Origin: Eledone cirrhosa
Taxonomy: Eukaryota
Length of the DNA: 64,000 nt
Direction: 5' to 3'
Assembly: GCA_964016885.1 (NCBI GenBank)
Contig: OZ024752.1
Location: 35,154,001 to 35,218,000, forward strand
Positions 12,074-24,870 of this stretch are shown here, piece by piece. Made by a program: the position numbers and the translations under genes. Each line of letters starts with the position of its first letter. The stretch's first letter is position 1. A model generated the notes under the pieces. The model was given only the letters and a program-made list of their open reading frames with translations. It ran no database searches and had not been told where the DNA came from.

Positions 12074-13187
12074 TTAAAATAAATATGAACATGGGTAAAT
12101 TTTACTCATTAGATCGCTTAATTAGAAAATGCATGAAATAATGGAATTATGTAGTTTTTATTATTTTTACTCAATGTATGTATCGTTAATGTATATACAC
12201 TGAAGTGAGGGGGGGGGGGGGGGGGGGGAGATTGTATGATATCAACAAAGGGAAACAGGTTAATGAAAATAAAGTCAACTAGGGTTCTGGATGAAGCTGA
12301 CTTACTTCAGTAATTACAGATTTAGACCAGAAAAGGAAAATCAAAAATATTACCATCAGTGTAAACACATCATTGACCAGGTAATACAAGAGGATTTTAC
12401 TTCAAAACAGGGATCAGCAATTTATTAAGTTATATCATATAGCTAATTTTCTCCACATTTATAGGAAATAGAATTTATTTTATTTAGTCATTAAAATTAT
12501 TTCTTGTTTTATATTTATATTTAGTTTCTTGTTTCATTTCACTATTTCTTTGTTAATTACTAGTTTGTTTGTTTTTTCTAAATATTTATCAAACAAAGAC
12601 AAACTCATTTCCCTGCCCCAACCAACAGGCTGCAACCATGCTAGGACAAAAATAAAAAAAGTTTTCTTTTTCTTTCTTGCAAACAAAATTATTTTTACAG
12701 AACCAATGTGAAGTATCTATAGGCAAATGTCTTTTAAAATTTTCTTCAGGTACAAGGTAGAAAAACACATTGTCATTCAGGCTCTAAAGATGGTAAACAC
12801 GAAATATGTTATAGAGTTAAAGAGTTAATCACCTAGCTATTAACATCGTTTTATTTTTTCCAAATCATGTTTTTTATTAAGACACCTAGCTATTAGAATC
12901 CTTAGGAACCACATTTGCAAAAACATAGTCCTTAATTTTTTTCAAATCATGTTTTTTATTAGGAATTGGCTGCAGAAAACAACATCTATGTGACATTACC
13001 CTGTATATTAAATTCATTTAATGAAATAAATAAACAACTCAACAATATGGTTTAAGGGAAGGAAAGGAAATTATGAAAAATAAACCAAATGGTAATGGTC
13101 ATGCAACATTGTATATTGCAATTGTGATATTCTTACTGTATATTATATATATATGCATGTTAGTATGTATGTATATATATATGTATA

Positions 13188-13220
<33 letters not shown>

Positions 13221-13414
13221 GTGTGTATATCATTGATAGGGATGTCGAAAGTTGTCATGTCTGAGTCCGCACTCCTTTTGTTTAATAAAAAAAGGGAGAA
13301 GAAAATTTAAAGAGGAAAAAATTAACAACTCCATCTGTCTTTTTAAAGAAGTCCAATATTTAATATCATTACAGTCAGATTCTTGAGTCTAACTGTTGCT
13401 ATGCTACATTGTCT

Positions 13415-13420
13415 TCATAT
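13415..13420 (-). CDS. EIF1A: eIF1A coding exon 6 (Ile + stop)
   Basis: Long pyrimidine tract ending TTTCAG|ATA TGA completes the acidic tail ...EEIDE-I*. Confidence 0.75.
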   Translation of the reverse strand: M

Positions 13421-13728
13421 CTGAAAGAAGAAAAAAAGAGGAAATTTTATATTAATAATTTCCTATATGAATTAAGATGAGAGCAATACATTCAGTAAAT
13501 AGTTATATAAATGTTATTTATTAAAACGCTTTGAATGCTAAAGGGTTAAATGAAACACACTTGTGGATTTTCAATACATACATGGTCCCGTAACTCCCAA
13601 AAGAGTCGTCGGGATGGCACAATGACATACATTGTTTCTAGGGCATTCTTTAAAACCTGGAGGAGCCCATCTCCTCAGATTTCTTCCAGAGAAGGAAAGA
13701 AAGTAAGAAAGAGATATAGAGGAAGAAT

Positions 13729-14062
13729 GGAGGCACATGGCTTAGTGGTTAGAGCATTGGCCTTGCAATCGAAAGGTTGTGAGTTCAATTCTCAGACTGG
13801 GTGATGTGTTGTTTCCTTGAGCAAGACACTTTATTTCACATTGCTCCAGTTTACTCAGCTGTAGAAATGAAATGATAGGGACTGGTGTCCCTATCATTCC
13901 ACTGCAAAGTGGTCGTGGAGGTGCCACAGCAAAAAAGCACCCAGCACTCACTGTAAATGAGGTTGGTGTTAGGAAGGGCATCCAGCTGTAGAAATCAAGC
14001 CAGAATCAGTTCCCGTCCCACCCTTGCAAGCAGGGAAAAAGCGGACGTAAAATGAAATGATG
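13729..14062 (+). mobile_element. Composite SINE family B: tRNA head, CORE-like motif, RTE-type 3' tail
   Basis: A/B boxes, CCTTGAGCAAGACACTT, tail ..GGAAAAAGCGGACGTAAAATGA; almost identical inverted copy at 58343-58682. Confidence 0.9.
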
Positions 14063-14176
14063 AATCCACCTCAGACCTTGACTGGCACTTTTTTTTTCCA
14101 ACTTCAAATGGATGAAAGGCAAAGTTGGCCTCAGAGTCCTAATCACCAGGCCATATACCATAAACATGTACGTCAA

Positions 14177-14357
14177 ATAATTGTTTCTACTTTAGGCACA
14201 AGGCCAGCAATTACCCAGTGCATTACTGGTACTTTATTTTATCGACCCCATAAGGATGAAAGGCAAAGTCAACCTCGGCAGGATTTGAACTCAGATCGTA
14301 AAGGGACGTAACTATGCTGGAAAGCATGGCGTCCGACCCTCTACCGATACTGCCAAT
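14177..14357 (-). mobile_element. SINE family A
   Basis: Family A core motifs. Confidence 0.85.
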
Positions 14358-15026
14358 GATGAGGAGACTTGTAGATTTAAGCCACAGTTTTTCTTATTCC
14401 ATAAGCAAACTTGAAAAATTGACCTCAGAGCACAGACTCGAAATAAATACTTGCAAGGTATTGTATTCAATGCGCTAACGACTATTTACTTACTGTATAC
14501 ACTCAAATCATGGAGCAGGTGCTCCATGAAATAGGAAAAAATCTAAACGCTGTTGATAAACTGGGGCAAGTAATCAACAGATTATGTTTAGATGGTGTGG
14601 CTTTGAAATTCTTGTGAAGTTTTAATATTTAGTTATTTAAAATGTTTTAAGTGTCGTTTAGAGCAGGCATATCAAACATGCAGCCAGCGGCCTTTTACAA
14701 TTCAAAACATAACAATATCAAAAGGTGAAATACGAATTTCACCTCCAAAGTAAAGCTAGTGTAATATTCACCTCCAAAGTGAAAATATTTTCGCACCTCA
14801 TTTATGGAGAATCTTGAAATTGGTGAAAATGGGCAAGATATTAACCTCCACCCCCTTTACCATTTTTTTTTTTTTTTTTGTCACAAATTTCTTGGCTTAT
14901 ATTATAAGAGTATATACGGTAGTTCAAGCGACACTCCATTTAATTCAATCAACTGCCCTTCAACAGATGTAAAGATTCACCTAGAAACTGAACATTTAAA
15001 TTTGAAGAAAAAATGTAAAATCTTAC

Positions 15027-15115
15027 CTCATCTATTTCTTCTATTTCATCACCATAATCATCAAAAGTGATGTTGTCATCTTCACCTTCTTCCCAAGCAT
15101 TCTCATTAATTTTAA
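15027..15115 (-). CDS. EIF1A: eIF1A coding exon 5
   Basis: TGCAG|(V)KINENAWEEGEDDNITFDDYGDEIEEIDE|GTAAG; acidic C-terminal tail. Confidence 0.92.
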
Positions 15116-15543
15116 CTGCAGAATAAAAAGAAATATAACATTTAAAAACATTTTTTAAAACAAAATAATTTCAATATAAAATACCTTTTATTTGCTAGCC
15201 TATTGGACATCCCTTCCTATTAGACAACCCCTGGTCTTACAAGAACATTTTGAGAAAAATAGAATTTATAGTACATTTCTTCATAAATTTATTAAAATTT
15301 ATAAAAAAATTTTTCTTAGAAAACTCGTTGATACAGGTGTATCAGATGCAGGGAATTTGTATATTTTTAGGGTGAAAAAAGTATCTGTCTCTAATAGGCC
15401 AGCAAATATGGTAATCTTTCCATTGCTGGTACTATCTACCACGGTATACCAGTCGCAACTCCTGGTAATAATTCAAATATAATTTTATATATATACATAC
15501 ATACATACATATACACACACATACATACACACAAAAAAATTAC

Positions 15544-15676
15544 CTGAATCAGGTAACTCTCCGTAAGCTCTTAAATTTCTAGCTTCATCTGGTGTGTATT
15601 TAAGGATTACATCTGCTTTTGCATCTTGATATTCCCGTAAACCCAACAATATGATATCTCCAGAATTTATCCATAC
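15544..15676 (-). CDS. EIF1A: eIF1A coding exon 4
   Basis: TTTTAG|[44 protein letters not shown]|GTAA; 133 nt. Confidence 0.97.
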
Positions 15677-16078
15677 CTAAAACAAAACATTAAATAGAAA
15701 AATTAGAAATTCTATGAAAATGTTCTCATATACATTTCATTCATAATGAAATCCTAGTTTAATATTTCATTTAAAGAAATAAAAATGAGTTGTAGAGCAA
15801 GATAACAGGATAACATCCATGAGTTCAGCTGAAGGAGTACTTGGGGACTCTCACCCCATGACCCTCCCAGAAATAAGTAGGTGAAGGAGGGTTGTAGAGC
15901 TTCACCTTTTGGATTCAATGTCTGTAGGACAGTGATTTGAAGTCTGTCTCTAGCCCAGCTCATCGGGTCAGTGCTTACCCTGGTTTCCATGGCGTTAATT
16001 AAATTTTAATACATAACATCATAAAATTTATATCAGAAACATTTTCATAAAAAATAAAAAAATTTGTTTGAAACTTGC

Positions 16079-16182
16079 TTTTTTTCTCAATTTCCCTCTG
16101 ATGTGACACAAACGCCTGTTTCCATCAAAACAAATGGCTTCTAATCGGCCATTTCCCAACATTTTGGCAACTTGTGCATATT
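16079..16182 (-). CDS. EIF1A: eIF1A coding exon 3
   Basis: TTCTAG|(E)[34 protein letters not shown]|GCAAGT; 104 nt, GC donor. Confidence 0.97.
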
Positions 16183-16686
16183 CTAGAAAAAAGGAAAAAA
16201 TCCAATTGTTTCACTAAACACCATATCTAACAATAAAAAATATGGATATAAAACAGTTAAAATAATAATTATTGGAACCAAGTTATTTTAACATTAATCC
16301 TTTTGATACCAAACCATCTGAAACCACTCCAGATTCTATGATACAGGAATCAATAATGAATCAATCGACAAGATCCCAGACCTCATTTGCTGACCAAGTG
16401 AGGGTGGAATTCATGAAATCGGACTAAAGAAACAATGTCTCAATTGGTCTTTTCATTGCTGATAACACCCCAGTCTGAGCGGTATCTCTCAGCTGTGACC
16501 TGCAGATGAAATGGTGATGGCATTGCCATGGACAATGCCCAGCAATACCTACTACAACAACCACTCCACCTCACAGGGCTCTTCAGGCAGTGTATTTCAT
16601 TAGAAATATGTTAACAAATGGGTTAACAAGGATATTTTTCTGGTTTCTCATACAAACTTTACAAGACAAATGAATAACTTGCTTAC

Positions 16687-16770
16687 CTTGACCATCTTCT
16701 TTGAAAACAAGTTCTCGTTTTACATCTTCACTTTCGTTTTTACCTCGCCTTCTATTTTTGCCTCCCTTTC
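16687..16770 (-). CDS. EIF1A: eIF1A coding exon 2
   Basis: TTTTAG|(G)[27 protein letters not shown]|GTAAGC; 84 nt. Confidence 0.97.
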
Positions 16771-17859
16771 CTAAAATAAGAAAATTTAGATATGAGATTA
16801 ACTGTTGATTTAGTGTTTTCATTAATTTTAATACATTCTTCAATAACATTTACAGCAAACAGAGCCTTTAAAACAGAGCCCTTAAAACAAAACAAAAAAA
16901 CCTTTCTCCCTTTACAACTAAGATGAGTATTCTGTTTATCATTGAGTAGTGATTTCTAGTCTTTTTAGCAAATTGTCCCTATAAGGCAGCGAATTGGCAG
17001 AGTCATTAGAATGTTGGATAGAATACTTTGGGTTATTCATTTTGACTCTCAGCTCTCTCAGTTAAAATTCTGCTGAGGTCAACTTTGCCTTTCATCTATT
17101 TGAGGCCAATAAAAAAAAGCACCAGTCAAGTACTGGGGTCAATTCTTTCTCACTTCTATTTCCTCACTATCCCTCTCTGGAAAAAATCAGCTGTATTCAA
17201 ACCTGAAGGGGAGAAGGGCTCTGCCAGGTTTTAAAAAATGCCCTAGATACACTGTATGTCAATGCAGCGCCCCTACGACTCTCTCGGGAGTTACGGGTCC
17301 ATATATACATTACATTGTATAAATCAAATTGTTATAAACCAGAAAACAGAAGAAAAAGTCACTGATTAATTCAACTTAATAAGTTAGTGTTTAGGCTACA
17401 AGGAAAGACCCTAAACCTATCATCACTGTCAGTGCATGTGATACACACTCATGGGAACATGCTGACCATTACTAAGATTTATAGTTGATATTAAGAAGTC
17501 CCGCTGTAAGAGCATTGAATGACAAAATTAGCAAACATCTAACCAGCCGCGTGTGTTGTGTATAAAGAACTGCGCCTTCTGTTTCACACTCAAACTGAAT
17601 ATTATCCAAGCTTGCACCTAAACTAGTTTCAAAACTTCATTAATCAGTTTGAGTTGACTGTAGCTGCTCTTCTCCTGTGAACCTTTGTCCTTGAAGCAGA
17701 TTCCAATGACATTGGGGATAAAACCTTGTATTATCTAATTACCTGGCACTGTACCAACATAACCTAATGCTTTCAACACTTCTGACTTTCCTTGATAGAC
17801 AGCAGATTTCTCTAACTATATCTCATTGATTGCTTTACTAGCTTGATTAGTTCCTAATT

Positions 17860-19300
17860 AAGAATGAGCCTCTATATCTAAATTTTGTTGGTCTGGAGAA
17901 GGCTTTTGATGGAGTACCACAATCTGTCATCTGGTGACCCTTAACCCTTTAATATTTGCATTGCTGTGGAGAGATGCTGTGCTGAATAGGACTCGCCCCA
18001 AGCAGGGAAAAACGGACGTAAAATGATGATGATTACTCTATATATACTATTGTATTTTTTGTGATAAAGGCTTTCTTTTACATAATTATCTCACATAAAA
18101 TCGAATATATGAGATTTTGATATTATTTATTTTGAGAACAATATCTTAACATAAGTATGAGTGGCCTGTTATGGCTAGTTTGAACAGAAAGAGGTGAGAG
18201 AATTCTGGCTGGATATAGCCGGTTTAAATGCTAAAGGGTTAACCCTTTAACATTTACAATATTCTATATTTACTATTGTAGTTTCACAGTAAAGGCTTTA
18301 TCTCACATAATATCAAATCTATGAGATTTTGATATTTATTATGAGAACAATACCTTAACATCAGAATGAGTGGCTAGTTACAGCTGGTTTGAATAGAAAG
18401 AAAACAGAAAATTCTGGCCAGATATGGCCAGTTTAAATGCTAAAGGGTTAAGGAAACTAAGTGTAGAAGAATGGCTTGTGAAAGCAGTGCAAGCCATATA
18501 CAGATGAGCTCTCAGTAAAATGAGAGTAGGAAATAATTTTAGTGAGGAATTCAAAGTACAGATAGGAGTGTATCAGGGTTCAGTTCTCACTTCATCATCA
18601 TCTAACATCTGCTTTCCCTGCCAGTAAGGGTTAGATCGGTCTACATAGACCAAGTTAGTACTGAAGTGGAGCCACTAACCTCCCTTGTCAGATCAAGTAG
18701 TCAGTATCCTGCTTACGTACAGTCATATCGAGTGCAGGGTAGAAGTTGTGGTGACTTTTGACATAATTGAAGGATCCTCCTAACCCCTTGTTTGACAAGC
18801 TTTCTACAGCTGAATGCCCTTAACATCAACCACTTTACAGTATGCACTGAGTGCTTTTATTGTGTAGACCACCAGCACTAGGGAGGCTGTCATGTCCTTG
18901 ACACAACTAAAAGGTCCTCCCAACCCTTTGTTTGGCAAGTTTTCTATGGCTTGGATACCCTTCCTATTACCAACCACTTTACCATCTTTCCATTCATAAA
19001 AGAGGAGTTTAAGACAGGTTGTCCATGGGAACTCCTGTATGTTGATGTTCTGGTTCTTATCACTGAATGTGCAAAAGAACTATAGGACAAATTCAGATTT
19101 TGGAAACAAAACTTAAAATCAAAGGGGCTGAGAATAAACTTAGCAAAAACCAGTGTTAATAAGTAGGAAAGAAGACAAGGCTCTGATTTCACCAGGCAAA
19201 GGTCCTGTTTGATATGCAGAAAAAAAAGTAGATGGAAACTCTAAACTATGTACACAAGAGGTGTAGTGAGATAGCAGACAGGCTATCAGGAAAGGAAGAT
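17860..19300 (+). mobile_element. Decayed RTE LINE reverse-transcriptase segment split by nested insertions
   Basis: LYLNFVGLEKAFDGVPQSVIW (17860-17940) / LRKLSVEEWLVKAVQAIY..GVYQGSVL (18448-18590) / EFKTGCPWELLYVDVLVL..GLRINLAKT (18995-19155), with internal stops. Confidence 0.85.
17945..18447. mobile_element. Two tandem piggyBac-like MITEs (17945-18238, 18243-18447) sharing one TTAA
   Basis: Junction ...AAAGGG TTAA CCCTTT...; outer TTAA at both ends. Confidence 0.88.
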
Positions 19301-19330
19301 TCTGTATGGCAGGATTTGAACTCTCAAACT

Positions 19331-19527
19331 ATAATAATTGTTTCTACTTTTTGGCACAAGGCCAACAATTACCCAGTACATTACTGGTACTCTATTTTAT
19401 CGACCCCGTAAGGATGAAAGGCAAAGTTAACCTCGGCGGGATTTGAACTCAGACTGTAAAGGGACGTAACTATGCTAGAAAGGATGGCGTCCAACCCTCT
19501 ACTGATACTGCCAATTCACCGCCCTTC
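19331..19527 (-). mobile_element. SINE family A
   Basis: Family A core motifs. Confidence 0.85.
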
Positions 19528-20119
19528 AAACTATAATAATAAAATTGAAAACATGATGGACAGCCTCTATCACAAATTTCATATTTTAATAGAAAGCACC
19601 AAAATTTACGTTTCTCTTTTCTCTCTGTTTGTTCATGACAAAATTAAGAGATCCTCTGGAAATAAATAAATACAATAAATTCATAGGCAATGTGCTTTTT
19701 TTTTTTTTTTTTTTTTTTTAAAACCAAAGTTAATTTTCTATATTTAACATTCTCTAAAAGTCTTAAAGGATAACGAAATAAAGACGTGGGCGTCTTCTCT
19801 TAACATCAAATGTTACAAATGTCAAATTAACTCCCCTTGTTGTAAGGAAAAGGACTTGCCACATGAAACAAACCGAAAACGTTGTAGTTGGAAATGTGAT
19901 AAATTTTTCCACACTTTGTTCTTATTAAATAAACTGAAATATATTATTGTTTTCTGACAAAAAACATGGACAGTTAATTTTATCATTTCTATTAGCAAAT
20001 AAACGTTAAGGAACAAATTCTTGTGTACGACGCCTAAATATTTTAGGGGGAAAAGCTTTTAAGATGCTACATCTTTAAAAAAAAACTACTCAGTTTTTTA
20101 CACAAGATTATACAATTAT

Positions 20120-20487
20120 ATGACCTCTGGCGTCACGCAGTAATACAGAGTACCCGACCTCCCATGGGTACAAGCTGAAGCATATAGACAATATGCCCAC
20201 ACACACCCCACTGCAAGGTGGTCGTGGAGGTGCCACAGCAAAAAAGCACCCAGCCCACACTGTAAAGTGGACGTGTAGGCGCCACGAAAAAGCACCCAGC
20301 ACTCACTGTAAATGAGGTTGGTGTTAGGAAGGGCATCCAGCTGTAGAAATCAAGCCAGAATCAGTTCCTGTATGAGCAAGGCATGGTCAGCCGACCAGAC
20401 ACTGCCCACAACAGGACAACCCGTCTAACCCATGCTAGCGTGGAAGAACGGACGTAAAACGGTGATGCTGATGATGATGATGATGAT
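20120..20487 (+). mobile_element. RTE LINE 3' end with internal ~46-bp AAAAAGCACCCAG repeats and (GAT)n tail
   Basis: Near-identical to 30380-30740. Confidence 0.8.
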
Positions 20488-21523
20488 ACACACACAAAGT
20501 ATACAATGGCATTGATATGTATATAAAACTTACTAGCATTTAAAATAATAATATTAATGAAATTATTGTGTACAGTGCTCAGGTGCACTACAACTCATCA
20601 AAGGTGCATGTATAGTACATAGAATAATGTACAAATGTCAGGAAAATGAACAGTGTACGAGTCATGATATAATAATAATAACAATAATGAAATATTGTGT
20701 ACAGTGCCCAGGTGCACCACAACTCATCAAAAAAGTCACATGTACAGTACATAGGGCAATGCACAAACATCATTTGTCACGATCCGTGCGATTGCCTTTG
20801 TATAATTTGTCTGTACGTGTGTGTGTATATATATACACACGCCCACAGTATCCAAAAGCAACTGTACAGGTCGTGTCAAGTGATATTAACATTTTTCTTC
20901 TGACCAGATGTATTAAACGGATACTAAAATAAATGTTTCTAAAGAAGTGCTAATATATGACCCTTTAATCCCTGCATATTAATGGTAATACTCAATAAAA
21001 TTAAAGGACGTGTCTTCACTCACTTTTCTTACGTCATTCCAGCCAAAACATAAACCACCTACGTCGGTCAGGAAGTACGTTTTCCAGGAAAGGTGGGAGG
21101 TGTGGGGGCCCGGGCCCGGAAACGGTTTTATCTTGAAACACACTGATGAAAAATATTTGTTTACATAACAATGATCTTTTTTACTCTGGAGGAATCCTCC
21201 AACCCTTTCCGACACTAGTCACATCTGACACCCAGCACTGGAGGCAGTAACTATCAATCCCAACAAAGATCTCCTAAATACAAAGACTGCCATTATCCTT
21301 TGAAACACAAGTGAGTTTAAAGAAGATTAAGCATTTGTGCTTACGTGCAAGTTTAGGAAATGCCTATAGTAAAAGGATCTTCGTCGTTCCAGAGTATATA
21401 CTCAGATTCCCTAGTATTAGCTGAATTCATACAAACGTATGCCAATCAAGCTTACAAGAGAATACGTTTATTTCTATGAATTAGATTGTCATTTTAGTTA
21501 TAAATCTGTTTTTGTACAAAAAA

Positions 21524-21604
21524 CGTTGACTCTGAGGAGTTTATAGCTCTTGGGAGTTTTTGTACAAAAAAACCCCAACAGCTGTGAACTCTTCAGAGTC
21601 AACG
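21524..21604. repeat. 81-nt near-perfect palindrome/hairpin in eIF1A intron 1
   Basis: CGTTGACTCTGAGGAGTTTATAGCT pairs with AGCTGTGAACTCTTCAGAGTCAACG; centre TTTTTGTACAAAAA. Confidence 0.9.
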
Positions 21605-22404
21605 GCCACCCACCCCAATTGTGGGTTAAATAGTCTCACCAACCCGTAATTGGCCCAGTGTGGTGGGTACGGCTACACCCCTGACATGATCAGAACTAAA
21701 CAGGAAACAGTGGACGTCAACCAGAGAAGGGTTCCCCCAACAGGAGTGGGAAGCACCTGGATTGGATTGAGGTCAACATGGAGGGTGGGGGGGCTTCTTC
21801 CAACAGGAGTCAGAAGAAGGAACTGGATTGGAGAGGAGAGTGCAAGGAGTCATATGTACCAAGGGAGATAATAAACTAAGCTGTGTTATAATAGACTAGG
21901 GGACACCTCAACAAATCCCGCTTGTCATTAGTACAGGTAAATGGTTAGAATCATTTATTATGACTCAGGCGATATTTGACGGAGAAAGCTTTGGATCTTA
22001 GCTATATTTTGGTAAATAAGTTCTTTAGTCCTAGGTCAACTCCGATAAAGAGCAATTATGATTAAAACGGGTGTAAAGAACGATCATTCCTTCGTTTTTT
22101 GTTTTTTTTTGTTTGACATTGTCTACTTAGATGCAAAAATCACACGTTGTGGTTTGACGATATGGCTGTTGCTTCTAGCAGGTCAAGCGACTGCATAAAC
22201 ATAGGGAATATTTTTAGATCCAGGAGTGAATTAATTACAAAGGCACAACAACCTGTGGTAGTACATTTGTGCTGAGAAAAATAATCAATTTTAATTTGAC
22301 AAATTTATAGATATTCAATTATGGATTTAGCCTTTGCTTTTTTTTTTTTTTTCCCCTTTGACTGGGGTGGGGGTTATAGACGTGGTAAAATATTGCCCCA
22401 CGTA

Positions 22405-22705
22405 CAGGGGATTCTTCATCCATGAAGTAAGTGTCTTGTTGGGATTTTGAAAATAATTTCAATCCATCTTAAGTGTACATAAATATATAACACATGGCGT
22501 CGGAGATCGAATCGCTTGAAATTAAAATTATTTACTTAAATAGAATAAATTAGGCAAACAATCTGAAAAGTTTTAATTCAGTTGCTTATAATTTTTTTTA
22601 AAGAATTATTTCAAGTGGTAAAATCTGGTTTACGAAGTCAACTAATAAGTTACTTTGGTAAAGAATTTGTAGTAGTTTCACGTCACAATTGTTGATATCA
22701 CCCTG
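22405..22705. mobile_element. Degenerate Tc1/mariner-type MITE
   Basis: TA|CAGGGGATTC... and ...GATATCACCCTG|TA: short imperfect TIRs. Confidence 0.45.
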
Positions 22706-22741
22706 TACAATCATATGAGTTCAGTTTACAATGTGATTAGT

Positions 22742-22772
<31 letters not shown>

Positions 22773-23463
22773 CATAATCGATCACAATATAAATATGTAC
22801 TGAGGTAAACACGACAAATAACAAATTTGTAATGACCTCACTGTGGTAAGTTGATCGTACAAAATAAAAAGTGAAAATTATTTGACACTTTAGCATAACT
22901 CTTAGAAGGGTATAACTAATAAGAATTAATAATTCTAAAGTTTCTAAATTAATGAACAATTATAAAAAATATATGAACTTTTAGCAATATCTGAACATAA
23001 AATAATACAGATAAACAGAAAATATTTGTAGTTATCAGCTAAAAATAATAAGTAACGAAGATTAAAGAGGACATTTTCCCAAATGTCGAGTTAAATAATG
23101 AAATATATAGCACATGTTATGCGAAAGTAAAGTTTTATAAAGATATAGTACAATATGGCTTCTGGTGTTTGTCGTTAGAAGATTACGTGACCAAATATTT
23201 ACTTCATTTATAATCTGATTTATTTTCTAACTATTAATTAAATACAGTAAGAGGAAAATAGTAGAGAATTATGTTATTTTCTCGAGGAATATTTGATCCG
23301 AAAGACGAAGAAATGATATGGCGATTCAACACTAGAAGATTCCATGCGGAGGGGAAAATAGTAATACACCGTGTGGAATTACTGATCCCTATAGTAAATT
23401 ATATTGATTTTAGATAAATATAGTAATCGAATTATATAATATAAAAAGCTTGTGAGTTATTAC

Positions 23464-23479
23464 CTTTATTCTTCGGCAT
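23464..23479 (-). CDS. EIF1A: eIF1A coding exon 1 (MPKNK-G)
   Basis: ATG CCG AAG AAT AAA G|GTAATA. The six exons sum to 432 nt = 143 aa + stop, in frame. Confidence 0.93.
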
Positions 23480-23544
23480 CTTACAGGTTCGTAAATGACT
23501 AGATAAAATAGACAAGGCGTCAAAATGTATGGAATGATGGGAAA

Positions 23545-23590
23545 TATCTAGAGAGGAAGTGACCTTTTAATTGTAAACTTCCGGTTTTTA
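23545..23590 (-). promoter_or_regulatory. Putative eIF1A core promoter: polypyrimidine (TCT/TOP-like) start and ETS-type sites
   Basis: CTTCCTCTCT on the minus strand at 23550-23559 and ACCGGAAGT at ~23577-23585, 70-105 nt upstream of the ATG. Confidence 0.45.
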
Positions 23591-23613
23591 ATGTAATTTA
23601 TTGTCTTATTACA

Positions 23614-23782
23614 TAGGAGAGTGGACAGAAAGTTCATTGGATTGACTAAGATATTGACAATGGAATAACCAAAATGAGGTTTATTTTTCAACAGTTATTA
23701 AAAAGAAACAATGCAGTTATTGATAAGAAGAGTTGAAATTAATGTATGCAAGATTTCACGGCTCTAGCATCACATCCTCGTA
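23614..23782. mobile_element. Truncated mariner MITE, inverted relative to 23936-24378
   Basis: Body (AAAATGAGGTTTATTTTTCAAC..GAGTTGAAATTAATG..CTCTAGCATCAC) matches 28542-28733. Confidence 0.7.
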
Positions 23783-23935
23783 TTTATTTAACCCGTTAGT
23801 TTTATCATATATATAATAAAACCCTTATCAAGTTAACTTTTGAAATGTGTTGGAGGGGGGTTGCTCTATCAGTAAAAAAAATATTTGAATTAACAAACTT
23901 CATTAATACAATGAATGCAATACACCGCTCATATA

Positions 23936-24378
23936 CGAGGGTGGGCTGAAAAGTTCATAGGATGACTATGAGGTAGTGAGGCTAGAGCTGTGAAATCTTG
24001 CATGCATTGATTTTTTATTATCAATAGCTGCAATGTTTCTTTCAGGGGACTATGTTGAAAAGTAAACCTCATTTGGTCAGACTATGAAGGAATGATGCTA
24101 GAGCTGTGAAATCTTGCATGCATTAATTTCAACTCTTCTTATTAGTAACTACATTGTTTCTTTCCAGGGACTATATTGAAAAATAAACCTCATTTGGCCA
24201 TATGGTCAGTCTATGAAGGAGTGATGCTAGAGCTGTGAAATCGTGCATGCATTAATTTCAACTCTTCTTATTAGTAACTACATTGTTTCTTTCCAGGGAC
24301 TATGTTGAAAAGTAAACCTCGTTTGGTCATTCCATGAGAGTATCTTGGTCAGCCTATTAACTTTTCAGCCGACCCTCG
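23936..24378. mobile_element. mariner MITE with ~26-bp TIRs, TA TSD and an internal ~115-bp triplication
   Basis: TA|CGAGGGTGGGCTGAAAAGTTCATAGG ... CCTATTAACTTTTCAGCCGACCCTCG|TA. Confidence 0.9.
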
Positions 24379-24464
24379 TATATGTCGAATTTTATAAAAT
24401 GTTCTTAATAGCGGCTACGATTTTAGAGAAACAGTATTTATTACATGTATCTCATCTTATTTAA

Positions 24465-24659
24465 CCCTTTAGTATTTAAATAGGCCATATCCGGCCAGAA
24501 TTCTCTCACCTCTTTCTGTTCTAACTGGCCGCTCATACTGATGTTGAGGTATTGTTCTCAAAATAATATCAAAATCTCATAGATTCGATATTATGCGAGA
24601 TAGTTATGCAAGATAAAGTCATTACCTCAAAAATAAAGTAGTATATATAGAGTAAAGGG
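24465..24659. mobile_element. piggyBac-like TTAA MITE
   Basis: TTAA|CCCTTTA...TAAAGGG|TTAA; body as in other copies. Confidence 0.85.
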
Positions 24660-24870
24660 TTAAAGAAATACTCCCTTGGACTCTTTGTATATTAATTCAA
24701 ACAAAATAAAAACTTAGCAAAATAATTCTTAAGAAGAAAAACACATCTATCAATATATATATTTAAGCTAGTATTGACATATTTAATGCAGGAAACATCA
24801 AAATTCTAGTTTAAAATAATTATGCAATGAGGAAAAGACAATAGCTCAATTACTAATATTATTTTAATTA

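Noticed and set aside
13742-13981. Duplicated 79-aa ORF (also 58430-58669)
   Set aside because: Antisense frame of a young SINE; identity reflects TE copying.
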